Below, piece after piece: positions 14,639-25,345 of a stretch of 64,000 nucleotides of DNA (positions within the stretch are counted from its first letter, which is position 1; the number at the start of each line of letters is the position of its first letter). Source of the DNA: Fistulifera solaris. Lineage: Eukaryota. Where the stretch lies: positions 1,302,001-1,366,000 of the forward strand of contig AP026125.1 in the NCBI GenBank assembly GCA_030295235.1, read 5' to 3'. The position numbers were made by a program, and so were the translations under genes. A model generated the notes under the pieces. The model did not search any database. It was given only the letters and a program-made list of their open reading frames with translations, and was not told the DNA's origin.

Positions 14639-15756
14639 TTAGAGCCAGTCGACGGCATCCAAAAGGAACTCTCCAAATTCAGGATCAGCTTGCAACTCCG
14701 ACAAAACAGTACTTTCCGCCTGGTCGAGACAGGGAAACAAAGTGCTGTCAATGGGATCCAACTTGAGGGTCTCTACGGATGACGGACAAGGATCCGGTTC
14801 AAGATACAAAGACGGGTCGGGGAGAAGAGGTAGCTGAGATGAGCCAGTGATCTTCACTGCTGGAATGGTGATCTTAGTGTTGTGAAAGATGGATGGTATC
14901 CACTTTCAGCAACGACAAAACGAAAGCGTGATCAGCCGTAGATCTGTCCCATTAAGGGGTTGGGTGCAATAGCCGTAGTGACATTTGCTTAGAACAGACG
15001 AACAGATTGAAAGCTTCAATCATACGTGCTGTGGGCTGGAACAGATCTAGGGGAGTGCTCAAGTCCTGTCTTGTTAGGGTGAATGATTCTTGACTAAGCT
15101 TGTCGAGAGATCATCTTAGATGGCTCAAATCCCAGCTCTTCTTCCGCGTCACTGTCTTCATTCTTTACCATAACCTTGTCTGCAAAGGAGAGAAACGTAG
15201 TTGAAGTGGGTGAGGACCGGGGAGTTACCGTCTTGGCTTCCTGGGGAGGAGGAGTCTCCGATCGTGTTGTTCGTAGCAGGACGAGATCTGCTGGTTCCGA
15301 TACGTCATCTCGTCCTTCTTCGAGAGCTTTGATTTTGCTCATGACCGTTTCGTATTTTTCTTTCCACTCTTCTAACTCAGTTTCTAATTCGTTGATGCGG
15401 TCGCGCTGACGTTGGCGACTGGCTGCAGCACTTTCCCTATTGCGCTTGCGTCGCTGTTCCCTTCTCCAAGCAGCGGCTTCTTCCCTTGTCATGGGAATTT
15501 CCGGATTGTACTTCATCTGAGGCTTCTTCTCAGATTGTTTGAGTGCCTTGTCGAGTACTTCTAGCTTGGGCCGCTTCGTGCCATCGTGCGAGCTCGAACA
15601 AGAAGATTCATCACTGCTACTGCTGCTAACGCTACTACGTTGCGTGACAAGAATCTCTCGGCGACGCTTTCGCGCTTCGCTTGGAGAATCATTCAGGAAT
15701 GCAATATCCTGAGCGAAAGAAGGAACGAGAAGGGGAGGGGATACTACAGCCGTCAT
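14639..15756 (-). CDS. bZIP transcription factor, candidate HAC1/XBP1-like. Unspliced ORF ends at 15094; a second coding exon 14859-14639 is reached via a non-canonical intron.
   Basis: Basic region/zipper RREQRRKRNRESAAASRQRQRDRINELETELEEWKEKYE. Removing 14860-15098 gives the in-frame ...MISRQAVKITGSS...EFGEFLLDAVDWL* (292 aa versus 220 aa unspliced). Confidence 0.85.
14860..15098 (-). other. Non-canonical (CT..AG) structured intron, candidate IRE1 substrate
   Basis: Both junctions lie at G|C after position 3 of 7-nt hairpin loops (AAG|CTTA and CAG|CAGT). Internal stems are present. Confidence 0.65.
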
Positions 15757-16139
15757 GGTTGGTTGTGAAATTAAGCAACTATCATGCGTGCCTTGATTGT
15801 GAAGTGAACAGTTCGCATGCAAGAAGTTTGTACGTTTGATGTTTGACGGGCAGTTACGCAGGTCTTGCTTCCCTTGATCGATTTACGCGTCACGAAACGC
15901 GAAAAGAGAAATGTACGGCTGACATTCGTGTTGAATGGAAATCGAATGTATTACCGGGTGCTGATAAGTACTTTCTATGTAATATTAACTAGGAATCCTG
16001 TTTGAATTCAAATTCAAAATTTTAACTTCAACTTTGTTCGAGAGGACAAAAGATCTGATGGACTGATGGAATGATTCAGTCCCTCTACGTCATTTCAGAC
16101 GTACTTACGTCATCATTCTGGTCACGGTTTGGTCACGGA

Positions 16140-16710
16140 TAGTGTTCGAAAAATACCGTTTTATTGAAATTGAAAAAACCAAAACGGTTTTAAACCGTAT
16201 TAAACCGGTTTTATCGTATTTTATGGTTTTATTCCGTATTAATCTAAACACCGTCATTACGTCCCTGTAGCTACAGCTACAGCCGGCTTTTCAAGAAGAA
16301 AAGCTTCCTAATTTGATCATTGTATGCAATTAGATCACCTCCAATGTCCTCAATTGATTGATCAGGATAAAAACTTCTTGGATTACTTGGAGCTTAGCGA
16401 AAATAAAACATTAAGTTCTCTCAAAACCCATGCCCATTTACTGGCGTAACGAAACTATTCAAGGGATGTAAAACTCCACATTTAATCAAGACTGGTGATT
16501 GGTGACTGATCTGCTGCGCTCTGATAGCCCATTGCTTGGAAAAAGGCGTGCTAGGCTAAGAAAGATATCCACCGGAAACTTAGGGGGTCTACGGCGTACA
16601 GACGTCTAACGAAAAAAACCGTTTTTTTCAAAATCAAAAAACCAAAAACCGGTTTAGTACGGTATAGTACGGTTTTCTGTATTTTGGTATTAATACGGTG
16701 TCGAACACTA
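16140..16710. mobile_element. Non-autonomous hAT-like MITE (571 bp)
   Basis: TIR TAGTGTTCGA (16140-16149) / TCGAACACTA (16701-16710). 8-bp TSD GTCACGGA at 16132-16139 and 16711-16718. Subterminal AAACCG/CGGTTT/TACGGT repeats. Confidence 0.9.
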
Positions 16711-16951
16711 GTCACGGATAATAGGGGTCACGGTCACGGGTAAGGTCAATCGTTTTTGTCCCTGCATCCGCATGCTACGAAACCAGATGCTAGCTAGAGA
16801 GCTATGGGCTATGGGTACATTACACAGTCCGGCAGGAATATCCTAGACTAAGTCTATCGCGAAAAGAACGAGCATCTTTTCTAGAATCAAATGTTATACT
16901 TGAGTAAAGATTAACTCATTCGGAGTACCGAGAATCAAAATACACCGAATA

Positions 16952-18090
16952 CTATCGTACAACACTACTTCCAGCAAGCAAAAACACACCCGATAAATAA
17001 GCAGTGTGCATGCCTATGAGTAACCAAACGACTTTTGATCGGAGATTAACATTGCGGAATTCTCCAAAAAGGTACACATCCCACAAAGTAGAAACAAGCG
17101 GATACGCCTGGACCATGTCAGACGTAGCGTAACCAACAAGCTGCCCTCCCTTGAACTGCAATACATTTCCCAACGCACAAATTGTTCCTGCAGCGAAAGC
17201 CAGGAGACGATCGAACAATGAATCTCGGCGAAAGTAAGCTGTCCAAAGCTGCATAATGTCTGAGCAACTCATTTTGCCTTGGATAGCCAGCCTCTCGTGA
17301 CACATGAGGACACCATTTCCTAAAAGACTAGCACACCAGAAAGCTAGGCTGAACCAAAAGTTAGCCTCCGCGACCAATGCATCTTGAGTAGCGTTTGAAT
17401 TATTCGGGTCCATGTTGTTGCTTCTCCATCGAAATGGATCGTTGACGGCGATGTTGAAGGCAGGCTAAAAGAAACCAAAGCATACTCCACCTGTGATTGC
17501 TACCGCAACAGCCCAACGAGAACAAATGCCCCGCTCACCCTACAACCGACGAACTTGCAGCTACCATGGGTATATTCAAAAATGAAATCTGTATGATATG
17601 TACGGGACTGTTCAATCCGCATGAAAAGATAAACGATCCTTTGGATAAATTCGTTGTTTTCGAGAGAACACAAGATACGAATGCCAGAGCTCAGACGGAC
17701 TCGATCAGTGATGATGCTCTTTGTGACTGTCAAATTGAATCGGCAGTACACTGAGCTTTCAACCTATTTTGTGGCCGTTTCACCGTCGGGTAGTTGATTG
17801 TCACTCGAGAATCTTTCGAAAATAGTGATAAAAGAACGACCCTGAACCATCCTTTTTGTAACCGCACGCCCACTCACTTACGTCAACGATCACCTCCGAC
17901 AGTGCGTTCAAAGCACTCAACTTTTCTCCGCAGACGGGTGTGCTCGGTTGCCATGCCTCTCTTCTAAATCGTGATCGGCGCAACGGATCTCGATGACTCG
18001 CCTGGTGGTGCTTGTCAAATGCCGCACCCTATGGTAGAACAGACCATGGCCGCCTCGGTATTGTTGATCCTGCGGAGATCTAAAAAGTTT
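16952..18090 (-). pseudogene. UPS: Ureide permease (UPS) pseudogene or decayed allele
   Basis: C-terminus GNVLQFKGGQLVGYATSDMVQAYPLVSTLWDVYLFGEFR is UPS-like. Upstream GVCFGFF*PAFNIAVND has an in-frame TAG at 17465-17467. N-terminal remnant MVCSTIGCGI*QA has TGA at 18015-18017. Middle region unrecognisable. Confidence 0.7.
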
Positions 18091-18332
18091 GTTTGGAATT
18101 TAGTAACGGTGCGTAATCTTGGATGGGTCAAGCGGAATCGGCGGCGAACGAGTGTGTCTTCGTGCTGTTGCCTACGGCGAATGTGTTGAAATTCATTCGA
18201 TCGTTACATGAAAGCATAAGACTGAAATGAAAATTCGTGTTGAGGAATCCGTAATTCCTAAACCAAACTGCCTTGTCATGGATTATTGCGAGGTAATCTT
18301 AGTTTTGATTCTCAAACTAATTTCGTTTGACA

Positions 18333-19292
18333 TTATCCCGCCTTCATATGGCTAGATTGCTGAACATCACTTTTCCGCCCACGACCCCTTTCTTGGCTTA
18401 CCAAGACCGCTCCTTCAAATGTTCCGTCCTCTCGCTTCCATCCTTCGTTGGCGATGACGGCACTATAAACTGGTATATCAAACCAGTGATTGTCAGCCAG
18501 CCAAACGTCGATCGGGCCTTGGACAGGTAAATTATCGAGTAATATCTGAGCCGCATGCCGGGTGATCAAGTACGCATGCGTATGGTAACCATACTCCGGT
18601 CGGTAAATCTCAACTGTGTATTTTGACTTGTTCCGCTTTTGATTGTGCGGCACTTCTACGTAATGCCGTTCTCCTCGGCCAGAAAATCCCAAGTAGAGAA
18701 TGCCCCAGCCACTCGGAACGTTCTCCATAGCTTGCGCCAACACATCTGCGAATCGAGATCTACCCGCTACCGACGAAAAGACGGCGTCATCTTCCAACGC
18801 CATCATTACTGGATTTTCGCTGGACGATTCCGTCGAAGTGAGAATTTTCCATAGTTCGACATGCGACAACGCACAACCAACTTCTCCATCCGACATCGTT
18901 TTAGTACCTGGTTGTGCCTTTGAACTGTATTTAGCATTCATTGATGCATCCCATACTCTTTTAAGGATTTCTTCGTTGCATCTGTTTTCGCTCAAAACAG
19001 CTTTTCCATTGACAGCATCGAATCTCTTGACCAACCCGGCGAATTCGTTATGGACACGCATGGCCCTTTCCTGAAAGGCACGCCATTTGACCTGACGTTC
19101 CGATAAATTGATGCAATAATATAGCGCGATTTTCTCAAAAACGGGCGGTAGTTGTGCGGTGCTATTGTAGGCGAATCGACTGTAATTTTCTTTGCGAGGA
19201 GTACGATCGTTGGAAACGAATGGAGTGTTACTGCCCTCGCTGCAGCCTTTCCCTTCTTGTGAACGTCGCTTGTGCGGCGGGACATACGCCAT
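18333..19292 (-). CDS. Glycosyltransferase family 25
   Basis: YCINLSER, RFDAVNG, GEVGCALSHVELWK, LEDDAVF, THAYLIT and PIDVWL motifs. Confidence 0.9.
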   Translation of the reverse strand: MAYVPPHKRRSQEGKGCSEGSNTPFVSNDRTPRKENYSRFAYNSTAQLPPVFEKIALYYCINLSERQVKWRAFQERAMRVHNEFAGLVKRFDAVNGKAVLSENRCNEEILKRVWDASMNAKYSSKAQPGTKTMSDGEVGCALSHVELWKILTSTESSSENPVMMALEDDAVFSSVAGRSRFADVLAQAMENVPSGWGILYLGFSGRGERHYVEVPHNQKRNKSKYTVEIYRPEYGYHTHAYLITRHAAQILLDNLPVQGPIDVWLADNHWFDIPVYSAVIANEGWKREDGTFEGAVLVSQERGRGRKSDVQQSSHMKAG

Positions 19293-19426
19293 TGTTTAAC
19301 AACGCTGTTTCGTCGGCAACAGGAGGAATACAAATATAGGTACCGCCAAGTGTTGTTCATCATTCATCGACGAAAAACGGAAACAAAAGGTATACGCGTA
19401 GAGCCACTCTGGAACGACGAATCAAG

Positions 19427-19598
19427 CAGAATTTCTGTGTGTCCGCAAACATAAATGTTCCATTCCAGAATTTCTGGATTCTGGAACGACGACTACAGAA
19501 ATTCTGTATGTTCGCGAACACCGATGGTCCAGAATTTCTGGATCGACGATAACAGAATTTCTGTATGATCGCAAACACCAATCATTCCAGAATTTCTG
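19427..19598. repeat. Minisatellite of three ~60-bp units, each with two CAGAA(T/A)TTCTG palindromes
   Basis: Palindrome starts at 19427, 19466, 19496, 19530, 19553 and 19588. Confidence 0.85.
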
Positions 19599-19852
19599 TT
19601 GGATTGGTGGTGCTGTAACTACGCCGATCCAAAATAATCGGAAGTCGTTCACGCCTATATTACATAAGGAATTGCCCCTGATTCGTGGTCTACTTAAGGC
19701 TTTACGTCATTACATTGCAAGGCAAAACGAAAAGTCCCGATGCCGCTGCAAAGCTGTAATGCTCCGGGTAGATTACTGCATTCAACTTACGGCGTTTGAA
19801 TTTCGCTTTGTATAAAACATTCTTCAAAAAAGCTTCTTCTAGAAGCACACAC

Positions 19853-22681
19853 CTACTTATCCATTTGATCTTGCAATAGCTTTCTTTGCGCTTCAAGCAA
19901 ATGTTGAAGAAGCATAGTTCGATGATTACTCGGCAACTGGTTCCGAATCGACGATCTCCGGACAAATGCGCTTGCACGCTCCAATCCACAGCCGAATTCC
20001 ATCATTGAATGGGCTAAGGAGCCAAGCTGGGCGAACACGATTGCGTGAACCTGCGACGCGGCTTCTACCCTCTCGACTGAATTCAAGTCGTGCCATTTGG
20101 TTTTTCGAACCTGGCCCCACTCACTATTTTGTCGGATCTGACGGGCTCTCGATATCTTTTGTTTCTCGAAATTCGTCATCACCCCGCTTTGAGTCATTGC
20201 CTCGTCAATTTGTTGATTCAAAGCTTCGTCCCAGAACTCGTCGTTGGACCAAATTGGATGATCAAGTAACTTGTTCCGAATGTAAATGCGTTCACTTCGA
20301 GATATCGAAACGCTAGTGTCAAGGGAATGTTCACATGAATCGGATTCGATCATGTAGAATGTCTGCGTCAACATGATGCAGACCTTTGCATTCGATATTC
20401 CCCCTTCCTCATTCGCGCATCCAGTCAAAATAGCAGAGAAAATATCGCAAAGACCATCGAACAGACGTTTCGTCAGCACGTGGGCATTGTCGCTCCTTTT
20501 CAAGTTCAAAGCATAGCACAAAGCCGACCGGGATGATTTTCCGTGATGGGCAGATTGACACAAAAATGAGACCGTACTATCAAACTCATCACGATTCCTC
20601 GCTTCATCGTCGTTCATGGACATATCTTGCTGCAATTCTGTTGTGGTGGCGAACAACTTTTGAATGAAATCGTTGATTTTTTCTATTGACGCCGCAAAAC
20701 AGCTTCATTCGCTTCCGGGATCACCGATGGTGCTTGATCGGTGCTGGTACCGTCAACGTGATTCGAGGACTCCTGGCGAAAGCCACCTGTCATGGCCTCT
20801 ACGTGGCTACTAAGTGTGGCAAGCGCGGAAGCCACCCCGCCATCATCATCGTCACCGAGATGACTGGAGCCACCGGGGCTCCTCTTGTCGCTCTCTATGT
20901 ACAGATCCAAGTCGCGTCGCACATCGATCGCATCGATCGACTCTTCTACCGCAGCAAGTGACGTCAACCGATCTTCCAGAGACGCTCGTTCCAGTTCAAT
21001 CCAGGATTTCAAGCATCGTGCCTGAGCGTTACCTGCAGCAAGAAGACAAGCTTCAGCCGCTGTTCGAGCCGAACGACGTGTAGTATCTAATGTAGACAGA
21101 AGATTCAGCAATTCACGAGCGGCTTCTTCTATATCTTCATCGGCCTGTAATGCCGTCTTTCTCAAATCAGGTAGACCAACGTCATGTTCAATTTGTTCGC
21201 GTGATGCTGTGGATCCGACAAGCTGGTCGTTACTTTCGTCGTCTACTTCATCTCCATTGAAAGTAGCTTGGTCTTGTGGAAGCGAGAAAGGAGCACTGGG
21301 TAGATCCATCGGTTCAAAACTACCATCTTCCATCATATCTGCGACACCTTTGGCTATATCAAAAATCTCCTCTGAAGTTGTTCCGAGGATGGCCGCCGAC
21401 TGACCCTCTTTTTGCTTTTTTTAACTTATCTAGACGCAATTTTTGCCGATCCATACTTTTTTGTTTCAAAGCTTGTTCTATCTTCTTTTGACATTTTAAC
21501 TCGGCGTTGTAAACATTTTCCCAACATCGATCAGCGTTCTGCTTAAGCTGAGAGACTCTCTCTTCCATAATCCGTACACGTTTTAATATTTCGGACAACG
21601 CTTGTTGCCTTCCGGCAACGCGTTGTGAAGTCTTATCCATTGCAGTTCTATATGCGGTCAAAAATCCTTCATAGGACGAATCGCTCTGGGTTGCTGTCGA
21701 AAACCCGTTGCGGGGTTTGCCATGTTCTGGAGCGGCCGATGCCTTTTGTAATCGTTGAAGATCCGCTTCGGCCATGGACAAATGATATTGCTCCAACGCC
21801 TGAATGGCTTGATACACCGTACTTGTGGACGGTGACAGGAGAGGTCCTACGCGATCTGTCGTTTCTTCAAAATCCACAGCGCGCGGATCGAGAAGCTCCC
21901 AGTCCGACGACACCGTCCTACCACGGCCGGAGTACCAGGCACTATTGGAGCTTACAACAGAAGGATGCGTCTGTCGCCATCGCTGACATAATTTGCTCAC
22001 ATCCGCACATATCTGCTGTTTGTTGGCCGTCAAAACATCATGACAGAAGCTCCCCAGATGCTGCATGGACTGCTCTGTTTGATACAAGGCATGTGATGTC
22101 GCCGGTATAGACCATCCCTTGGCACTAAATCCATTAAATTGATGGTCTTTTTGCAAATCATTCCCTAGATAGATAGCCGATTCGTAGTCTTCCTTTCCTT
22201 GCGCGATAAGTTGTGAAAACAAGGTCAAAGCATCTTCATCTCGTTCAGAGTTCACATCCTCGCCGTTGCTTTCTGAAGTATCCTCCCTACGATTGCCACT
22301 TTTCTTCCATTGCGACGCAACTGTCTGACTGTTCACTAAAAGTAGATCCCCATCCGGTGACACGAGCACCGAACAATCCATGAGACCCGATTGGGGATCT
22401 TTCCGCGCCGCCAGAACGGTATTTTCTTTGCGCAATCCAGAGGCCGCACCGAGGGCATCGGCCGCGTGCACGCACGCATCAAATGGAGCGAGACCCGCCA
22501 TTTTCTTGTTATCAGCATTCGTCCATCTCTTTCGTGGTGCTTTCTTTTCAGTAAAACGAGCTCTGGGTGAGTTGGGTGCCAGAGACTGTTCCGATGGGAG
22601 AACGAGATCCCCGTTCTCGTCTTTGTCGACTTTGCCGCCGCTGTTTTCTTTTGAAAATTGGCGTTTGAGAGCGCGGATCAT
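19853..22681 (-). CDS. Large coiled-coil protein with C-terminal SBF2-like domain (frameshifted)
   Basis: Three collinear ORFs (21359-22681, 20683-21336, 19853-20656). C-terminal LTQTFY, IYIRNKLLDHPIWSNDEFW and IVFAQLGSLAHSMMEFG typical of the SBF1/SBF2 domain. Confidence 0.7.
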
Positions 22682-23232
22682 TGTGTAAAAGCTGGGTTGT
22701 GTTTTGAAGCGCTCTTTTGTCCCCGATATGTCGCTGTTGTTTTACCGAGATCATAAACATCCGCGATGTCGAGAGGCCAGCGAATCGAAAGAATAGAAAT
22801 AAGCCGAAAAAGCATGCGTTGCGCCTTATTGCGGATTGCGGATGACTTTTTTACTGTTCACAAACCGATGACGTTTCCTAGTATCATACGAAAAAGTAAT
22901 CTACAGTACGTAACATCCAACGGGTACCGGTATGTCGAGAAAAACCAAAATGCACCTACTGCCTTATTGCACCTGCGATGATGATTATTCTTGACATACC
23001 GGTACCGATAGACTCCCATATATTGTACATTACTTTTTTCCTTATGATACTAGGAAACGTCAACCTCCTTGCTTCTTTCTCCTTTTCACCACATCACAAA
23101 AAAAATTGCAAGCCGATTGTTTCTCATTCATTGCTCATGATAATTCTTTGCGACACACAGAGCCTTCATCTTTAGTTATACGTGTCTGTTTGATACATGG
23201 TAATAGCAAGACATTTATCGGCGATAAACAGG

Positions 23233-24236
23233 ATGCGTTATCTTCGGTTGGTGGGGACGATTTCGAGCTTGGTCGCACTTCCGCCTTTCGTTCATTCCTT
23301 TGCGCTGCCAACTGTATTACATGACGGACAGAAAACAAACATCTTCATAAGATCCTTCACAATGTCATCTCAATCATCCTCTGAAATGGAAACAATGGCT
23401 GAATGTGACGATCGATGGAGTGACATTATTCCGTTCGAAACAGGAAGCCACAATTCTGCCAAAATAATCATTCCTTCCGCAATTTCCCACAATGACCCCT
23501 TTCTTTCACAAAACATTACAATGTTATTTCAATCGACGGTTCTAGCCTGTAAGATGAATGATAAATCGAGTATATGGGTGCACGTTCCCATGACACGAAG
23601 TTCTATCATCGAGGAAGGTCAATTGTACGCGTTGGGATTTCGTTTTCACCACGCCGTAAATGACGTTGCCGTATTGAATTTATGGCTCCGCGACAGTGAA
23701 AGCAAAGTTCCGAACTTTTCGACACATAATGTAGGAGTCGGTGCCTTTGTTGTGAACACTCAGCATCAAATTTTGTGTGTTCGCGAACTCAGGAAGAATT
23801 ACATGCCATGGAAAACGCCCACAGGCACATCGGAATTGGGAGAATCGATCGAAGATGCCGCGATCCGAGAAGTCTTTGAAGAAACAGGAATTCGTACGAA
23901 GTTTCATAGTATTCTCGGGTTCCGTCAAACGCATGGTATGGCTCACGGGAGATCCGATCTGTATTTTGTTTGTCGACTCGATCCGATCGAAGAACAAGAC
24001 GACAACGGTAATTTCGTCATTCCTACACCATGTGCTCAAGCATGTGAAATCGAAATTGCCGAATGGGTCCCGTTCGATGATTACAAGCGAATGGTCGACG
24101 GAGAAGGTTCACAAAAGGTCATCCGATGATGTCGCATGTGGTTCACGCGTACGAAATGGGGCGGATGATTGAAAAGAAAGTGGTGGAAAGCGTAGTTCCT
24201 GGTCGCCCACCCAATGATGTCTACTTTCCTCGATGA
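23233..24236 (+). CDS. Nudix hydrolase, NUDT6/AtNUDT8-like, with bipartite targeting presequence
   Basis: GFRFHHA, THNVGVGAFVVN, Nudix box GESIEDAAIREVFEETGI, SDLYFVCRL. Frameshift ~24115. Confidence 0.9.
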
Positions 24237-24365
24237 ATCTACAATTTTGAAATCTTAAGAACTAGTATAGATACTGTAAAAATGAATAGAAGGTCTCATC
24301 TGGTACTATGCATTATGGGGCTCCGCCCTAGAAGTAAACAGAAAAGGTTCCTCCCGTCAAGCGCC

Positions 24366-24653
24366 TTAACGGGCACGTTGACGCATCTTACGACGCTTGC
24401 GTCTGAGACGACGCATGCGCTTCTTGCGCCACTTGGGACGCATACCGGCCTGAACTTCCAAAGCCATGGCGAGTTCGTCCTCTTCTTCGACACCGTTGGC
24501 GGCCAAAGTGCCACCCTCGAGGATATCACTGCCACGCATGAGGCGGATCTGACCAGAAGGAACAAATTCCTTGTTCTCAATGGCGAGTTTAAGCGACTCA
24601 ACCGAGTCGGTGGCGTCCACGTTGTACGCCGTAGAACCTACGAAAATCTGCAT
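24366..24653 (-). CDS. RPL41: Ubiquitin-like domain fused to ribosomal protein eL41 (eS32)
   Basis: 70-aa UBL (MQIFV...SVESLKLAIENKEFVPSGQIRL) followed by MRPKWRKKRMRRLRRKRRKMRQRAR, the eL41 sequence. Confidence 0.92.
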   Translation of the reverse strand: MQIFVGSTAYNVDATDSVESLKLAIENKEFVPSGQIRLMRGSDILEGGTLAANGVEEEDELAMALEVQAGMRPKWRKKRMRRLRRKRRKMRQRAR

Positions 24654-25345
24654 GATTGCTGTTTTTAGACAACTGGTTGCTCAGACCTAAAAGCGAGTAT
24701 GAATGGTAATTTATAAAGCTCATAAGAATAAATGAAGTGATAAAAAGGCTCATTCTGGTAATTCAACGCTATGAAACCTTCACGATTACAAGTCAAAACA
24801 ACGCATCGAAAGCGTCAAGCCATGCACATCAATCGTGAAATGCTTCAATCGCTGCAACAGCGCCTCCCGCACGCACGAAACAAGTTCACAATTAATCCAA
24901 AAAACTGAATTTACGAAAAACAACGAAACAGGGGGAGAAAATCAACATCTTCATCGAACATACCTTATTACAAGGGAACAGACTGCAGTTATGAGCGTTT
25001 CGATGAAAGGCTGCGGCGGAGGAAGCGATGAACAGCTCTGCGTAGCGGTCGGTACATTTTGTACGCAAAAGTAGCACTGTTGAAGAAATTGGAGGACGAG
25101 AAGGCATCGAAAAAAAGAAGCGGACGACGAGAAGACGGTTCTTCGGATTGGTACACATTATTGACCGGTGTGACAGGAGACAACAGTATGAGTCAGTCAA
25201 GGAGTGCCAGTCCGATTTTCATGCCGTCGCACTTCGCACCTTCGTTGCGAGCGCAGCAACCAGCAATAACGTGATGAAAGCAGCAAACAGCACGATAGAA
25301 AGGCTCATTTACAACAAAGCAATCCATAAAAATTATAACAATAAA

